From Adineta vaga (lineage: Eukaryota; Animalia; Rotifera), in assembly GCA_021613535.1 (NCBI GenBank), contig CP075493.1, forward strand, positions 10,850,001 to 10,914,000: a DNA stretch of 64,000 bases, in the 5' to 3' direction. Shown piece by piece: positions 36,955 through 47,803 of the stretch. Below the pieces are notes generated by a model. It was not told the DNA's origin. It did not search any database and saw only the letters and a list, made by a program, of their open reading frames with translations. Position 1 is the first letter of the stretch; each line of letters begins with the position of its first letter. Position numbers and translations under genes: made by a program.

Positions 36955-38016
36955 TTACTCATGAGAATCAAAATAAGTTAAAAATGAACGTATTTCATAC
37001 AGATTATTTTTTCGTTGTTCATCATTGATAAATTTCAAAATTTTACATAAATATTTTCTTGATATTACCATTGATTTTTTCTTTTCTTTGCTTTCATTTA
37101 CTTTTAAATCTATTTGTTTTGATGAAATATACCAAGGTAATTGAATACTCGATCGATAAAGATATTTAAAATCAATTAAAAATAATGGAATTATTCGTGA
37201 AACATGTGTTAAAACTAATTCATTGTAACGGAAGCCTATTGGTTTTCCAGCTTTATCCCTTTTTGGTATTGCTGCACATACCAAAAGAGTATTGGTGGTA
37301 GATGTGTAAGGTAAACAATGAACAGCTATCTGACTACTATAGATTCCCGTTCCATATTGTTGACCATGTAAAGAAGGAATAATTGGCGCGCCACTATTTG
37401 TCGGATGTGGTTGATTTGGTATGAGGAAACCATAACGAAGAATACTTTCGATATTGTTTAATGCCGTACCATGATAAACTAAATGTGGAAGGTATAATCT
37501 ACTTCGTAGTTGTTGCATAAAATCATTTTGAACGGATTCACTGATTGGTGCGAGTCGAATATTTTTTAATTCAATGTGAGAATTCTTCTCGAAACATGTC
37601 TTGATCCATTGATGACTGACATGATAAAAATGACGACGAAAGTTTGCAAAACTTGCGAGATGGTCAGTTCGAAGCATTCGTGAATATTTAGGTGTTGAAG
37701 GTGGTTGAAATTCTTGATCGCATTCAAATTTAAAAGTCTTTTCTTCAGTAGGATAATGATCGTATCGAAATTGTTTTCGTTCAGCTTTGTTCTTCTTCTG
37801 GTCATGTGCACAACTGATACGAAGAAGTGGTGACTGAGATTTAAGTGTTTTTCTTGAAAGTGGACAAGAAGATTTCTTTGCCAGTCGTAATTTTGTGTTT
37901 TTTGATGATTTGGTATAATAACGAAATTCGAATAGATCAATTTGTTCATCAATCATGGAAGACTTATGACTAGAATAGTAATCAAATTCATCGTAATCAC
38001 TATCTGACGACAACAT
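36955..38016 (-). CDS. PARP-like (H-Y-E class) ADP-ribosyltransferase domain protein
   Basis: LVYHGT..NIESILRYGF, HGQQYGTGIYSS, LLVCA, NELVL..IIPLFLIDF. Confidence 0.8.
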   Translation of the reverse strand: MLSSDSDYDEFDYYSSHKSSMIDEQIDLFEFRYYTKSSKNTKLRLAKKSSCPLSRKTLKSQSPLLRISCAHDQKKNKAERKQFRYDHYPTEEKTFKFECDQEFQPPSTPKYSRMLRTDHLASFANFRRHFYHVSHQWIKTCFEKNSHIELKNIRLAPISESVQNDFMQQLRSRLYLPHLVYHGTALNNIESILRYGFLIPNQPHPTNSGAPIIPSLHGQQYGTGIYSSQIAVHCLPYTSTTNTLLVCAAIPKRDKAGKPIGFRYNELVLTHVSRIIPLFLIDFKYLYRSSIQLPWYISSKQIDLKVNESKEKKKSMVISRKYLCKILKFINDEQRKNNLYEIRSFLTYFDSHE

Positions 38017-38492
38017 GTTTTGATTGTCTTTAATTATGAAAAATTAGAAAAAAACGAAGCATGCATATATATATATATATAAATAGAAGACAACTGACGT
38101 AAGAATGTCATGTTATTGTGAAACAGCATTATTTTTGTAGATAATATGAGTCATGTTATATTTATCGTTCGTTTTAAGAACTATTTGATCTAGTTTTGCA
38201 AATTTTTTTATTAATATTCATGTATAGAATGATGCTTACACAAATAGAAATCGAGAATATGTGATTATTTTTCAAAACTACACACGATATGCTTCGATTG
38301 ATACTATTGAAATTTATTATTTATTTTTGGAATCAATGACACGCTAAAGAAAAAGATGATTGTCAGAGTTGGAATCAAAACAATATATATATAGTTTCGA
38401 CTTTGATAATTCTGGTTTAAAAGATAGAAATTAAGCCATAAAAAGAAGGACAAAAAGTTATGACGAGTAAATAATTAGATGCACATTTCCAG

Positions 38493-39917
38493 TTAATTAG
38501 TTTGTGTACCTCGACAGATTGGACATTGAACCGAAGTCTAAGAAGAAAGTTATCAATTCGATTACAAAGAAAAACTTCTTCGACATTTACCTTTAACCAT
38601 GGATCTATACATTCCGCATGAAAGTAATGATCACATCGTAAACGTTTCATAGTTTCACCGGTTTTATATTTACTTAAACAGATTGCACATTTATCATCAT
38701 TCGAACCTGATTTATTTGCTTTTCGATAAGTCGTCGTTGGTATACGTTTAATATCATTATCCGATAGACCAACAGAAGGCGTTTCATCGTCCCAAAGTAG
38801 ATCAGCTAGATTCTAAGTAGAAAAAAATATCACATCATTCAACAACACGTACATTTAAAATAAACTCACACCCAATTGAATATGAAGAACAGCTGGTCGT
38901 TGCATCATCAATGCAAAAGCAAGCATATCAATTGGAGTTACAGACAAGCCACCAGAAGGCTCATAATCATCATCATTATTATTATTATGAATACGCTGAG
39001 CATCTACTGTTGGATGACGATGACCAAGAAAACTTCTAAAATAAAACGATTTTATATTATAGTCAAGAAAACCATTTATTAAAATAAGCACTGAAGAAAA
39101 TTCGTTAGAAGAGATGCTGGATGATGACGTTGTATCGACATATGTTGTTGCGGTACGGATGATGAAGGATGATTGGAATGTTGAACAGAATTCATATGTT
39201 GCGGTACGGATGGAGTATTTGACGATCGATGATGTCTACCATAGAGAAACAGCTATAGGTGCAATAAAGATATAAGTTATATTTACGAAGGTTGCGAAGG
39301 ATATGTATCTTGTTGATAATGATTTTGATCGTATTGATCTACATTTCTTCCATAGTTCGAATAATCTTGATCATAGTAATTAGAATTGTTTCCATAATTT
39401 GAATAGTCTTGATCATAAGAATATGTTGGATAAGCTGAGGCGTAGTTTGATGGTGATGGTGATCGTTGCTGTTGTTGTGGATTATTAGTGTAATAATCGT
39501 TAGTATACGATTGAGGATATTGTGCATGCGAATAGTCAGAAGGTGGTTCTAAACGATATCGACGCTGTGATCGACCATTTGATGAATTCTAATGTAGAAA
39601 GTATCAAACATTGGATTGCTATTTCAATGAGAACTTTTCTGACTTACGTTTGCTCGACTGGATGATGATCTTGCCACATCATCGGGATATCTATCTGAAT
39701 GAGAATAGTCCTCATTATATTGTCGATGAGAACGCGGAGGAGTAGGTACAGGAAAATTTCTTTCTCGATTCGGTTGATAAGTAGATTGAGACGCAAAGTC
39801 TCTTGCCGTTGTAGGCACATATTGTCGAGATGAACTATTTGATGGTCGATTCGACTGTGCAGCTACACGACGAGGAGAAGATGATTGATACCAATCGTCG
39901 TAATATTGATGCGACAT
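38493..39917 (-). CDS. RING-H2 E3 ubiquitin ligase with disordered N-terminus (multi-exon)
   Basis: Spliced C-terminus GLSDNDIKRIP..CAICLSKYKTGETMKRLRCDHYFHAECIDPWLK|TSVQCPICR; Ser/Arg/Tyr/His-rich upstream exons. Confidence 0.88.
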
Positions 39918-40258
39918 CAAGTACGATTCAGAAAAATGTGAACTATGTTGTCGATAGATACACTCGACTGCGTCGTTTCAAATGTACAAATAAATATTGC
40001 ATGCTATTACACCTACTTCCCAATCATGATTCATGAGATGGGAAGTAAAATGAGAAGAAGAACGAATAAGACCGTTATGAAAACGTATGCAATGACAACT
40101 ATCGACATCTTTTCTCTCCAACAATACCTGAGTGTATGTTTTGAAAAGAATAGTAATTTGGAAGAAAACAACGTATAGTCATTAAAACTGTGTTTTGATT
40201 AGATATTTTTATTATTAAATACACAAAAAGAAATAACTATCATTCGACTATTAAAGCC

Positions 40259-41290
40259 TCACTGCGCATTATCTGTTCTCAAACCATTTCTTACTGCTGT
40301 TGCTCCTTCAGTTCCCGTAGATTGTTTTGGAGGTCGACGAAGTATCTTTACTTGAAGAAGACTAAAAAATTCTCGTCGAAACATTTTTGATGAAATCATA
40401 AAATTGATAAAGGTTAATGCAAAGCCAAGATAGAGTGGAACAAATGTCATATTATTAATAAATAGTTCCATTTGAAGGCGAACTGGTGATTTTGGTATGT
40501 GCATTGTAATCGATTGATAGATGAGATAACATGGATTTGGTATATTAAGAAAAATAAAGAGAATGATTTGATTGATCAACATTTTTTGAAGTTGACCATC
40601 TGTTTTTGACTTTTTACCATGTCGAATAGATTGACCGTTATTATTACCTGTAGTACCTGGTTCAATACGTCTATTCGTGTGACCAACGTTATTAGCAGTT
40701 AATAGACCAAAAATTAGCATTAAGAGTATGGGAAGAATACCACTGTCAATTGTAATATAAATGCTAAAAAATATTCCATAAAGACCTGATTGAGGTTGAC
40801 AAATGTTGTTTTTAATTTCATAGAAAACGAGAACTTGAATATACATCAGATTCCAAAAAATTGCATTACTAATAATCACACGAAGTGCAATTTTGCATGA
40901 ACTCCATCGACGACGCAGAGCGTCTCGAGAACTCGAAAAGAAACGATCAATCGAAGCCATAATAATATTATAACGTGAATTAGCAATAAGAACATAGAAT
41001 AGATAAAAACGTATCTTACAAAACCAAAGATTCATATTAATTGTTTGAATATTGTAACCAAATTGAAGCATCCGAGAGAGTAAAGCAAAATTGAAAGCTA
41101 ACAATTGTGAGCAACTTGAAGCAAGAAAATACATTGCACATGGACTTTTACGAAATGTTGGTTGATAGAAAATAATACAAGTTAAAATCGATCCAATATT
41201 CCCCATCAACCAAATAATACCAAAAGCATACTGTGAAATAGTTATATTCAACAAATTGATCAGATCTATTAGATGAGTATCGTTAATCAT
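40259..41290 (-). CDS. Rhodopsin-like 7TM GPCR, intronless
   Basis: MGNIGS, FRKSPCAMYF, FCKIRFY, ASIDRF, seven hydrophobic segments, SSKMFRREF. Confidence 0.88.
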   Translation of the reverse strand: MINDTHLIDLINLLNITISQYAFGIIWLMGNIGSILTCIIFYQPTFRKSPCAMYFLASSCSQLLAFNFALLSRMLQFGYNIQTINMNLWFCKIRFYLFYVLIANSRYNIIMASIDRFFSSSRDALRRRWSSCKIALRVIISNAIFWNLMYIQVLVFYEIKNNICQPQSGLYGIFFSIYITIDSGILPILLMLIFGLLTANNVGHTNRRIEPGTTGNNNGQSIRHGKKSKTDGQLQKMLINQIILFIFLNIPNPCYLIYQSITMHIPKSPVRLQMELFINNMTFVPLYLGFALTFINFMISSKMFRREFFSLLQVKILRRPPKQSTGTEGATAVRNGLRTDNAQ

Positions 41291-42049
41291 TGTGTTACTC
41301 CTCTTTGTTTAATGCGATCTGCACATGAATAAATTAGCAATGTAAGTATTATTTGGAAATGCAATAAGATATATGGAATCAAGAATACTTATACATGACA
41401 AGATTAAACTAAGTAAGACTACAGTATAAACCTACACCCTCGAACTCAATCAATTTACCTCAATGCAAAGAAAAGAGAACAACAAGTTGACAGGAAACAG
41501 AACTATAAGAATATTTAATTATTTATAGACATATGCAGAGAAAGCGTACTAGTGATGTGATAAAAACCATACTAAACAAAGTACACATATGCATATCGTC
41601 CGATATTAAATCTGTTTTCATTCGAACTTCGTATCACAAGAATCTATGTAAACAATTTTGCTTTTCTATATTTTTCAATGTGTGAGCGAATTGTCGAATA
41701 ATATGATAGTATATTTGGTCTCGGAATTCCATTTTTAATCTTACAAATGTGAAGAAAAAAGTAAAATAAAAAACGTCGATTTCATTTAGTTTTCTTGTGA
41801 TCATATTTTTTTAAAATTTCTTCTGTATAATGAATGTGCATCCGAATATTTTCTCATCAGGTCAAATGACAAAGACATTTCCTTGTAGAATTGTAATATC
41901 TTGTCGTAATCATTCATTTCTTCATGTGCACATACCTTATTATAATAGAAAGGGCTTTGATTCGAAAACACTGATTAACTGAAGATTCAAACTAACAGGA
42001 TTCATTTTATTTATGTCGATAGGTTTCTCTCATCTGTGAGCTTCCTTTC

Positions 42050-43120
42050 AGTCCAGGAAAAAACATTTCGTTTCCATCCAAAGATGCATTATGAAAATTG
42101 ATTCCCGTTAAATTAGCAGCAACAAATAAACATGAATAACATTGAACAATTGAAGTCGATTCATTCCTCAATTATTGATATTTGAAAAGATCAATATCGA
42201 ATGATTGACTTGACTTTCAGTTGGAATACAATCATTCATAATAACATTTGTTAAATTACAATGAAGAAAAGTTGCTTGCGTTGCATTTGTTCGTATTAGA
42301 ACAGCTTGTTCAAAATCTGTATTTTCAAATAATGTTTGATAAAGATTTGCATCCATTAAATCAGTTCGGATAAACAATGATCTCTGAACTTTTAAATATC
42401 CACACTCAGATTCAATACTCCATTTAAACTTTAAATAACTCAAATCGCATTGAATCATATGAAAGCACCAGTAAAGTCACATCGAAAACATTGAAATTCT
42501 TGTAGGACAGAATGATTCATCGTTGCATGACTAAAATTCTACCATAATAAAGTGATTTTTTTAAATAGATTCAAGAAGAAATGCCTTTCTAAATGTTGTT
42601 GGATGTTCCATGTCTATCTTCACAAAATGTTACATGTCCAATTGTTAATTGTAGATTTGCTTGTGTCATAATGGAATATTGAAAATCATTTCCAGATAGT
42701 TGAATATTTACTAGAGATACTTCAGTTAAATCAATCGAGACACTATCATTCATTCGGTATGTGATTATTCCCGTTCTAGTGAAGACAACGAATTAAATAA
42801 GATTTTCGTTTCGAATCTAATTGAGATAGACCACTAAATGTATACAACTGAAGAATGGACCGAGACGAAAGTTCTATATAAGTAGAAATATTATTTTTTT
42901 CAAAAACTTTTGACAAAAATTTCATGTAATTATTTTGACGATTTTGTTCTGCAATGAAATTTTCAGTGTTAGTTTGAATTCTTGTATAAATTGGAATTGC
43001 TACTGGTACACATAAACCAACCAGAATTTTTGCCCATTCAAAACATGAACATTTACTTTTTCTTCGAGAAAAATGCCATCTCAATTCCAAGGTATTTTGC
43101 AGATAAATCAAGTATCCCAA
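42050..43120 (-). pseudogene. Pentapeptide-repeat membrane protein, disrupted
   Basis: TM WAKILVGLCVPVAI, LSQLDSKRKSYLIR, then A(D/N)Lxx-type repeats (TDLMDANLYQTLFENTDFEQAVLIRTNATQATF), broken by several stops and frameshifts. Confidence 0.7.
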
Positions 43121-43443
43121 TAGGAAACAAGGTCTTTGTTCACAGTAACGACATGTATGTTGATAAGAATTTTATCATGATAGATAGTGAGAATAGAAGA
43201 GTCTAGATAGAAAAAAAAGAGTGAATGTAACTCAAGCATTTCTTTTCCGTTGAAAGTCATAAGACCTGATAACTTCTTGATTTCGAAAAGTTTCACCCTA
43301 TTGTCAGAAACTAGATGTTTGAATCGAAAAGTATAGTCGAATGTTTATCGTAAATTAGAAGACAAAATTAACTTTGTTAAATATTTTTAAACCTTGTAGA
43401 GTTAATATAGAATCATATTATCATCTCTTAAACAGCATTATTA

Positions 43444-44676
43444 ATGGATTCAGAGTCAAATATTTTTAATGAACAATTGATCGATGAATTTATTAACAAA
43501 GAAATTCAAGAAGGTTTTCCTGGTGCTGCTCTCACGATAGTTCGACATGGTAAAGTACTTAAACAAACAGTCTATGGTTATAAGCTTAAATATGATGATA
43601 GTGAAACACTTCTTGCAGAACCACAATTATTAATATTAGATACAATGTTTGATCTAGCATCATTAACGAAAATGTATGCAACAAATTATACTTTGATGCA
43701 AATGATTGAACAAGAAAAACTGAATGTTGATGATCCAATCAATAAATATTTACCAGAATATACTGGATGTAATCAGGAAAATGAGTATCGCGAAACAAGA
43801 TTAGTTCGAGATCTATTAACACATACAGCTGGTTATGCTCCAAGTATTGAATTTTATGATCCAGAAAAAGTTTCTTCAGATTTATATTCATTAGAAAAAC
43901 AGAAAACAGAACAAATTATTACAACAAAAGCAGGATTTCAACGATCAAGAGGAGCTAACCATTTACCAATTTATTCCGATATTGATTATATGCTATTAGG
44001 TATAATTATCGAACGTATTAGTAGAATGTCTATTGATGAATATGTTAAAACTAATCTTTATCAACCATTAGGTTTAACACATACATTGTTTAATCCACTT
44101 CAAAATGGACAGTATCAAAAGTCTGATTTTGCTGCAACTGAAATCAAAGGAAATACACGTGGTGGTACAATTCTCTTTCCTAATGTATGTACACATGTAC
44201 TACAAGGACAAGTTCATGATGAAAAAGCGTTTTATTCATTCAATGGTGTTGCAGGACATGCTGGTTTATTTTCAAATCTACATGATATGGCTATTCTATG
44301 TCAAATTATGTTAAATAATGGTATATATGGAAATATTCGATTTTGGAGTAAAAATGTACAGGATTTATTTGTCACACCATATGAACATGATCCATCGTAT
44401 GGATTAGGATGGCGATTAAATCGTAATAGATCATTACAATGGTTTGGTCTTCATGCATCAGAAGACGCTTATGGTCACACAGGATGGACAGGAAATTGTT
44501 CGGTTATTGATCCAAAATATTCATTGGCTATTATTTTATTAACTAATAAACGACATACACCATGTGTGAATGGAATATTTGCTGGTGAAAAATATGAAAC
44601 AGGAAATTATGGCAAAATAATGACGTTAGTCTATGAGGCCATGTCATTGGACAAACATTCGACTGTAACTGCTTGA
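43444..44676 (+). CDS. Beta-lactamase-family serine hydrolase, PBP4b/YfeW-like, bacterial-type, intronless, no signal peptide
   Basis: GFPGA, SxxK in FDLASLTKMYATN, YSD.DYMLLG, AATE..GNTR.G, QGQVHDEKAFYS..GVAGHAGLFS, YGHTGWTG: segments characteristic of enterobacterial YfeW/PBP4b. Confidence 0.92.
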   Translation: MDSESNIFNEQLIDEFINKEIQEGFPGAALTIVRHGKVLKQTVYGYKLKYDDSETLLAEPQLLILDTMFDLASLTKMYATNYTLMQMIEQEKLNVDDPINKYLPEYTGCNQENEYRETRLVRDLLTHTAGYAPSIEFYDPEKVSSDLYSLEKQKTEQIITTKAGFQRSRGANHLPIYSDIDYMLLGIIIERISRMSIDEYVKTNLYQPLGLTHTLFNPLQNGQYQKSDFAATEIKGNTRGGTILFPNVCTHVLQGQVHDEKAFYSFNGVAGHAGLFSNLHDMAILCQIMLNNGIYGNIRFWSKNVQDLFVTPYEHDPSYGLGWRLNRNRSLQWFGLHASEDAYGHTGWTGNCSVIDPKYSLAIILLTNKRHTPCVNGIFAGEKYETGNYGKIMTLVYEAMSLDKHSTVTA

Positions 44677-45129
44677 GAATTTACTTCTTTTTGAAATTTT
44701 GCATATTTTTTACTATATAAAGAAAAAACTACTTAAAAATGACATAGTTTACAATGCATTCATCCTTTGAATATCTTCCCTCCACAGGAGAGAGAGAGAA
44801 ATGATTTATGTTTTAATGTTTCTGATTCCATGATAATTACGTCATCGAAAAACAACGAAAAGAATACTTGATTAAAAATGCACTGTCAGTACATCACAGT
44901 GTCATTGAAGAATGATTTAAACAATGACACATTAATCTTTCACCAAAACAAAGGATTTATCAAGCTGAGATAACTGATATAAAATGCTTGTGAGACAATC
45001 AGAACAATCATACAAAACGGAAAAACGCTTCTTTGTAAGTTAATTTTCTTCGATTATTTTGAAATAAAAAAAGGTATGTTCCGTCTATTTCGAAACGAAT
45101 ATATTTCCAAAAACTTTATTTTATTATAG

Positions 45130-45384
45130 ATGAATAAAATAATTATTTCAATACTTGTAATCATGATCGGCCTTGTATGTTTTACAGAATCTATCAATGA
45201 GAGTACATGTACTTGTACATGTTGCGCAGGAAATTCATGTACACCAAAACATCAAGGCAGTTTTACTCTCAATGCTTGTTCCATTTTAAAATGCATGCAT
45301 GAATGTAGCTTTAAATACAATCAATGTCCACTTTTGGGAGGTGCTGGTCATTTAGGTGCGGATTGCAAAATACGTCAAAGTTGA
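45130..45384 (+). CDS. Small secreted cysteine-rich peptide (10 Cys in the mature part)
   Basis: Signal peptide, then CTCTCC..C..C..C..C..C..C; probable 5'UTR intron ending immediately before the ATG; AATAAA downstream. Confidence 0.8.
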   Translation: MNKIIISILVIMIGLVCFTESINESTCTCTCCAGNSCTPKHQGSFTLNACSILKCMHECSFKYNQCPLLGGAGHLGADCKIRQS

Positions 45385-45920
45385 TTACATGTTGCGAAAG
45401 ACACGTAAATGATAAATTTCTGAATGAAATTGATTTTTTGTTTCATCATTAATAAACATCATTCACATCATATCTGACAACATTTTGTAGGCTCTTGATT
45501 GACGTCATGACTACAAAGTAATTTATGTTTCAAAAGAGTGCTATTCTATATGGGCGTAGTTTATACTGTAAATCTTTTCATAATGTATCACCTCACATGC
45601 CGTCTCATTTGTTGAATACTTGATAAACACATTGAAAATTCCATTAACACCTTGAGATATCAAGTTAGCTGATCTTGCATTTCATAATTTCTTTACTCTT
45701 TAAACAAGAAAATATTATATATAATATTTGTTTCAGTGAATAATGCTATAAGTAGGAACTATAATACAAGAGAAACTACTTTCTAAAGGATTTGCGACAA
45801 CAACATTTATATTAATGAAGATATTGTACTCATAATATAAGTTTTACTTCTTACAAACGATATTTCTTCACATATATAAAGTAAGCATAGTACTAATTAT
45901 TGATTTATTAGACGACTAAA

Positions 45921-46865
45921 ATGGTAAATGAAAACTCAACTAAAATTATTGGAGTGCCCTCTAATGGACCACTACTACCAAATATCATATTTGACTTTGT
46001 TAATATTGGCTTTTGTTTCATAGCCATTTTCAAAACATGTCTGATTATACTCTGGATCCTTATTCGTCGTTTATTAACGAGATCAGAAGAAAACGTTTTA
46101 TTTCTACTAAGTTTAAATATGTATATGAGTATATTAGTATTTAATTGTCTTTGCCTTGATATGTTTATTTCTATGGTTAGAGGTCATATGCATACGAGCA
46201 TATGGCCAATAAACAATAATCTACTATGGTGTCGTTTAAAAGCCTATCTGTCAAATGTTACTCTTATTTGTTCACTTTATTCTACAACATTTCAAGCTCT
46301 TCATCGTTGTCTTCGTATTACTTATTATACTAATGCTATGCTGTACCGTAATATCTATTTATATTCAGCTGGCATAATAGTTCAAATCTTTGCAAGTATG
46401 CTTCAACCATTGCCATTGTTTCTCTTGAACATATATCAATATGATGATTATCATTGTCAAGTTCAATTTACGAATTGGAGTGGAATGATCATCGCAGCTT
46501 GTCTTGTCTGGCTTCTACCAGTCTTACTTACAGTCGCTATTTATGTATATACAATACATTACATACGTCGGAATTCTCAACAATTTACATTTCGACAACG
46601 AACAAGAATAAAACGTGATATTACAATTATCAGACGTATATTTTGGTTAATCATATTCATATTGATATTCGGTATGCCAGCATGTAGTACAACTATTGTG
46701 TATTATATATTTGGTTATGTTGAATGGTGGGAAAATCATATGATATGGTTAACATTTATACTATCTTTTATGGGAATAAGCACTGTTCAAACATTCTATT
46801 CTCCACATCTTCGTACTCTATGGTTAAAATCATCACGTCGGATTAGTCTAGCGATATGTACATAA
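45921..46865 (+). CDS. Rhodopsin-like 7TM GPCR, intronless
   Basis: Seven hydrophobic segments, WCRLKAYL, QALHRC (DRY equivalent), RIKRDITIIRRI, SPHLR. Confidence 0.85.
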   Translation: MVNENSTKIIGVPSNGPLLPNIIFDFVNIGFCFIAIFKTCLIILWILIRRLLTRSEENVLFLLSLNMYMSILVFNCLCLDMFISMVRGHMHTSIWPINNNLLWCRLKAYLSNVTLICSLYSTTFQALHRCLRITYYTNAMLYRNIYLYSAGIIVQIFASMLQPLPLFLLNIYQYDDYHCQVQFTNWSGMIIAACLVWLLPVLLTVAIYVYTIHYIRRNSQQFTFRQRTRIKRDITIIRRIFWLIIFILIFGMPACSTTIVYYIFGYVEWWENHMIWLTFILSFMGISTVQTFYSPHLRTLWLKSSRRISLAICT

Positions 46866-47803
46866 ATACAATAAGAGTAGCTGTCTAATTCGACTTCGAT
46901 TATATAAACGACGATTTTCAAAAAGTGCTCCTAATCATATTATTTTTGATAGATAAAGATTTAGACTTTGTTACTCATAAATATAATATGTAACCAGAGT
47001 CATATATATGTACATTTATATTTCGAGAATCAATAAATAAAAAGATTTACAAAAAGAATAATTTTTTCATAGGTATTGCTCCTTAGTTGTTACTGTATTT
47101 ATCTTGTACATTTTTCTTGCACAAATTCATGTTTTTAAGGACATAACAATACGAATATGTTTTTATGATATTGTCTTTGTTATATCCATATTTTATTCTT
47201 ATGAAATCTATTTATCTATCTATCTATATATATATAAAGAAGAATATTTATTTATTAGTCTGTTTGTCATTCGTTCAGTCTCTATAATATGTCGATTTTT
47301 TATGTAATGATCTGAATTTAACAGTTCGAAACTAACATGGATTATGATTAAAGACGAAGAAAAAAGTCACCTGCAATGCTAGTGGATGTAAGTAATTAAA
47401 ATAAGAACATATATGCCATTGTTCAAGAACTATCACAATCGTGAATGAAAGAAAACTTTAAAAAAGGGATTTGCAATAGAGAAATGTGCATAGGATGAGG
47501 AATATAATTTTGCAGCAAAATCATTTGCTCTAAAAGCAAATCATACTAATTTGTCTGACATCTAACAAAACATTATAAATAGTAAAATACTTCACGATCT
47601 TTCCATACTTTGATCGATAAGGAGTCAGTTCATCTGTTCATTGTTGTGTATCGCGATGCCTCACAGCAATACTATTTGTAAGAAAATAATTATAAAAAAT
47701 ATTCTTATACTTTCCATCTTATTAATTGACTTATGAATTGAAATATTTAAACTCAGAAAATGTGTCAACTTTTTGTTAATATGATACGCTTTAAATAGTC
47801 AAA

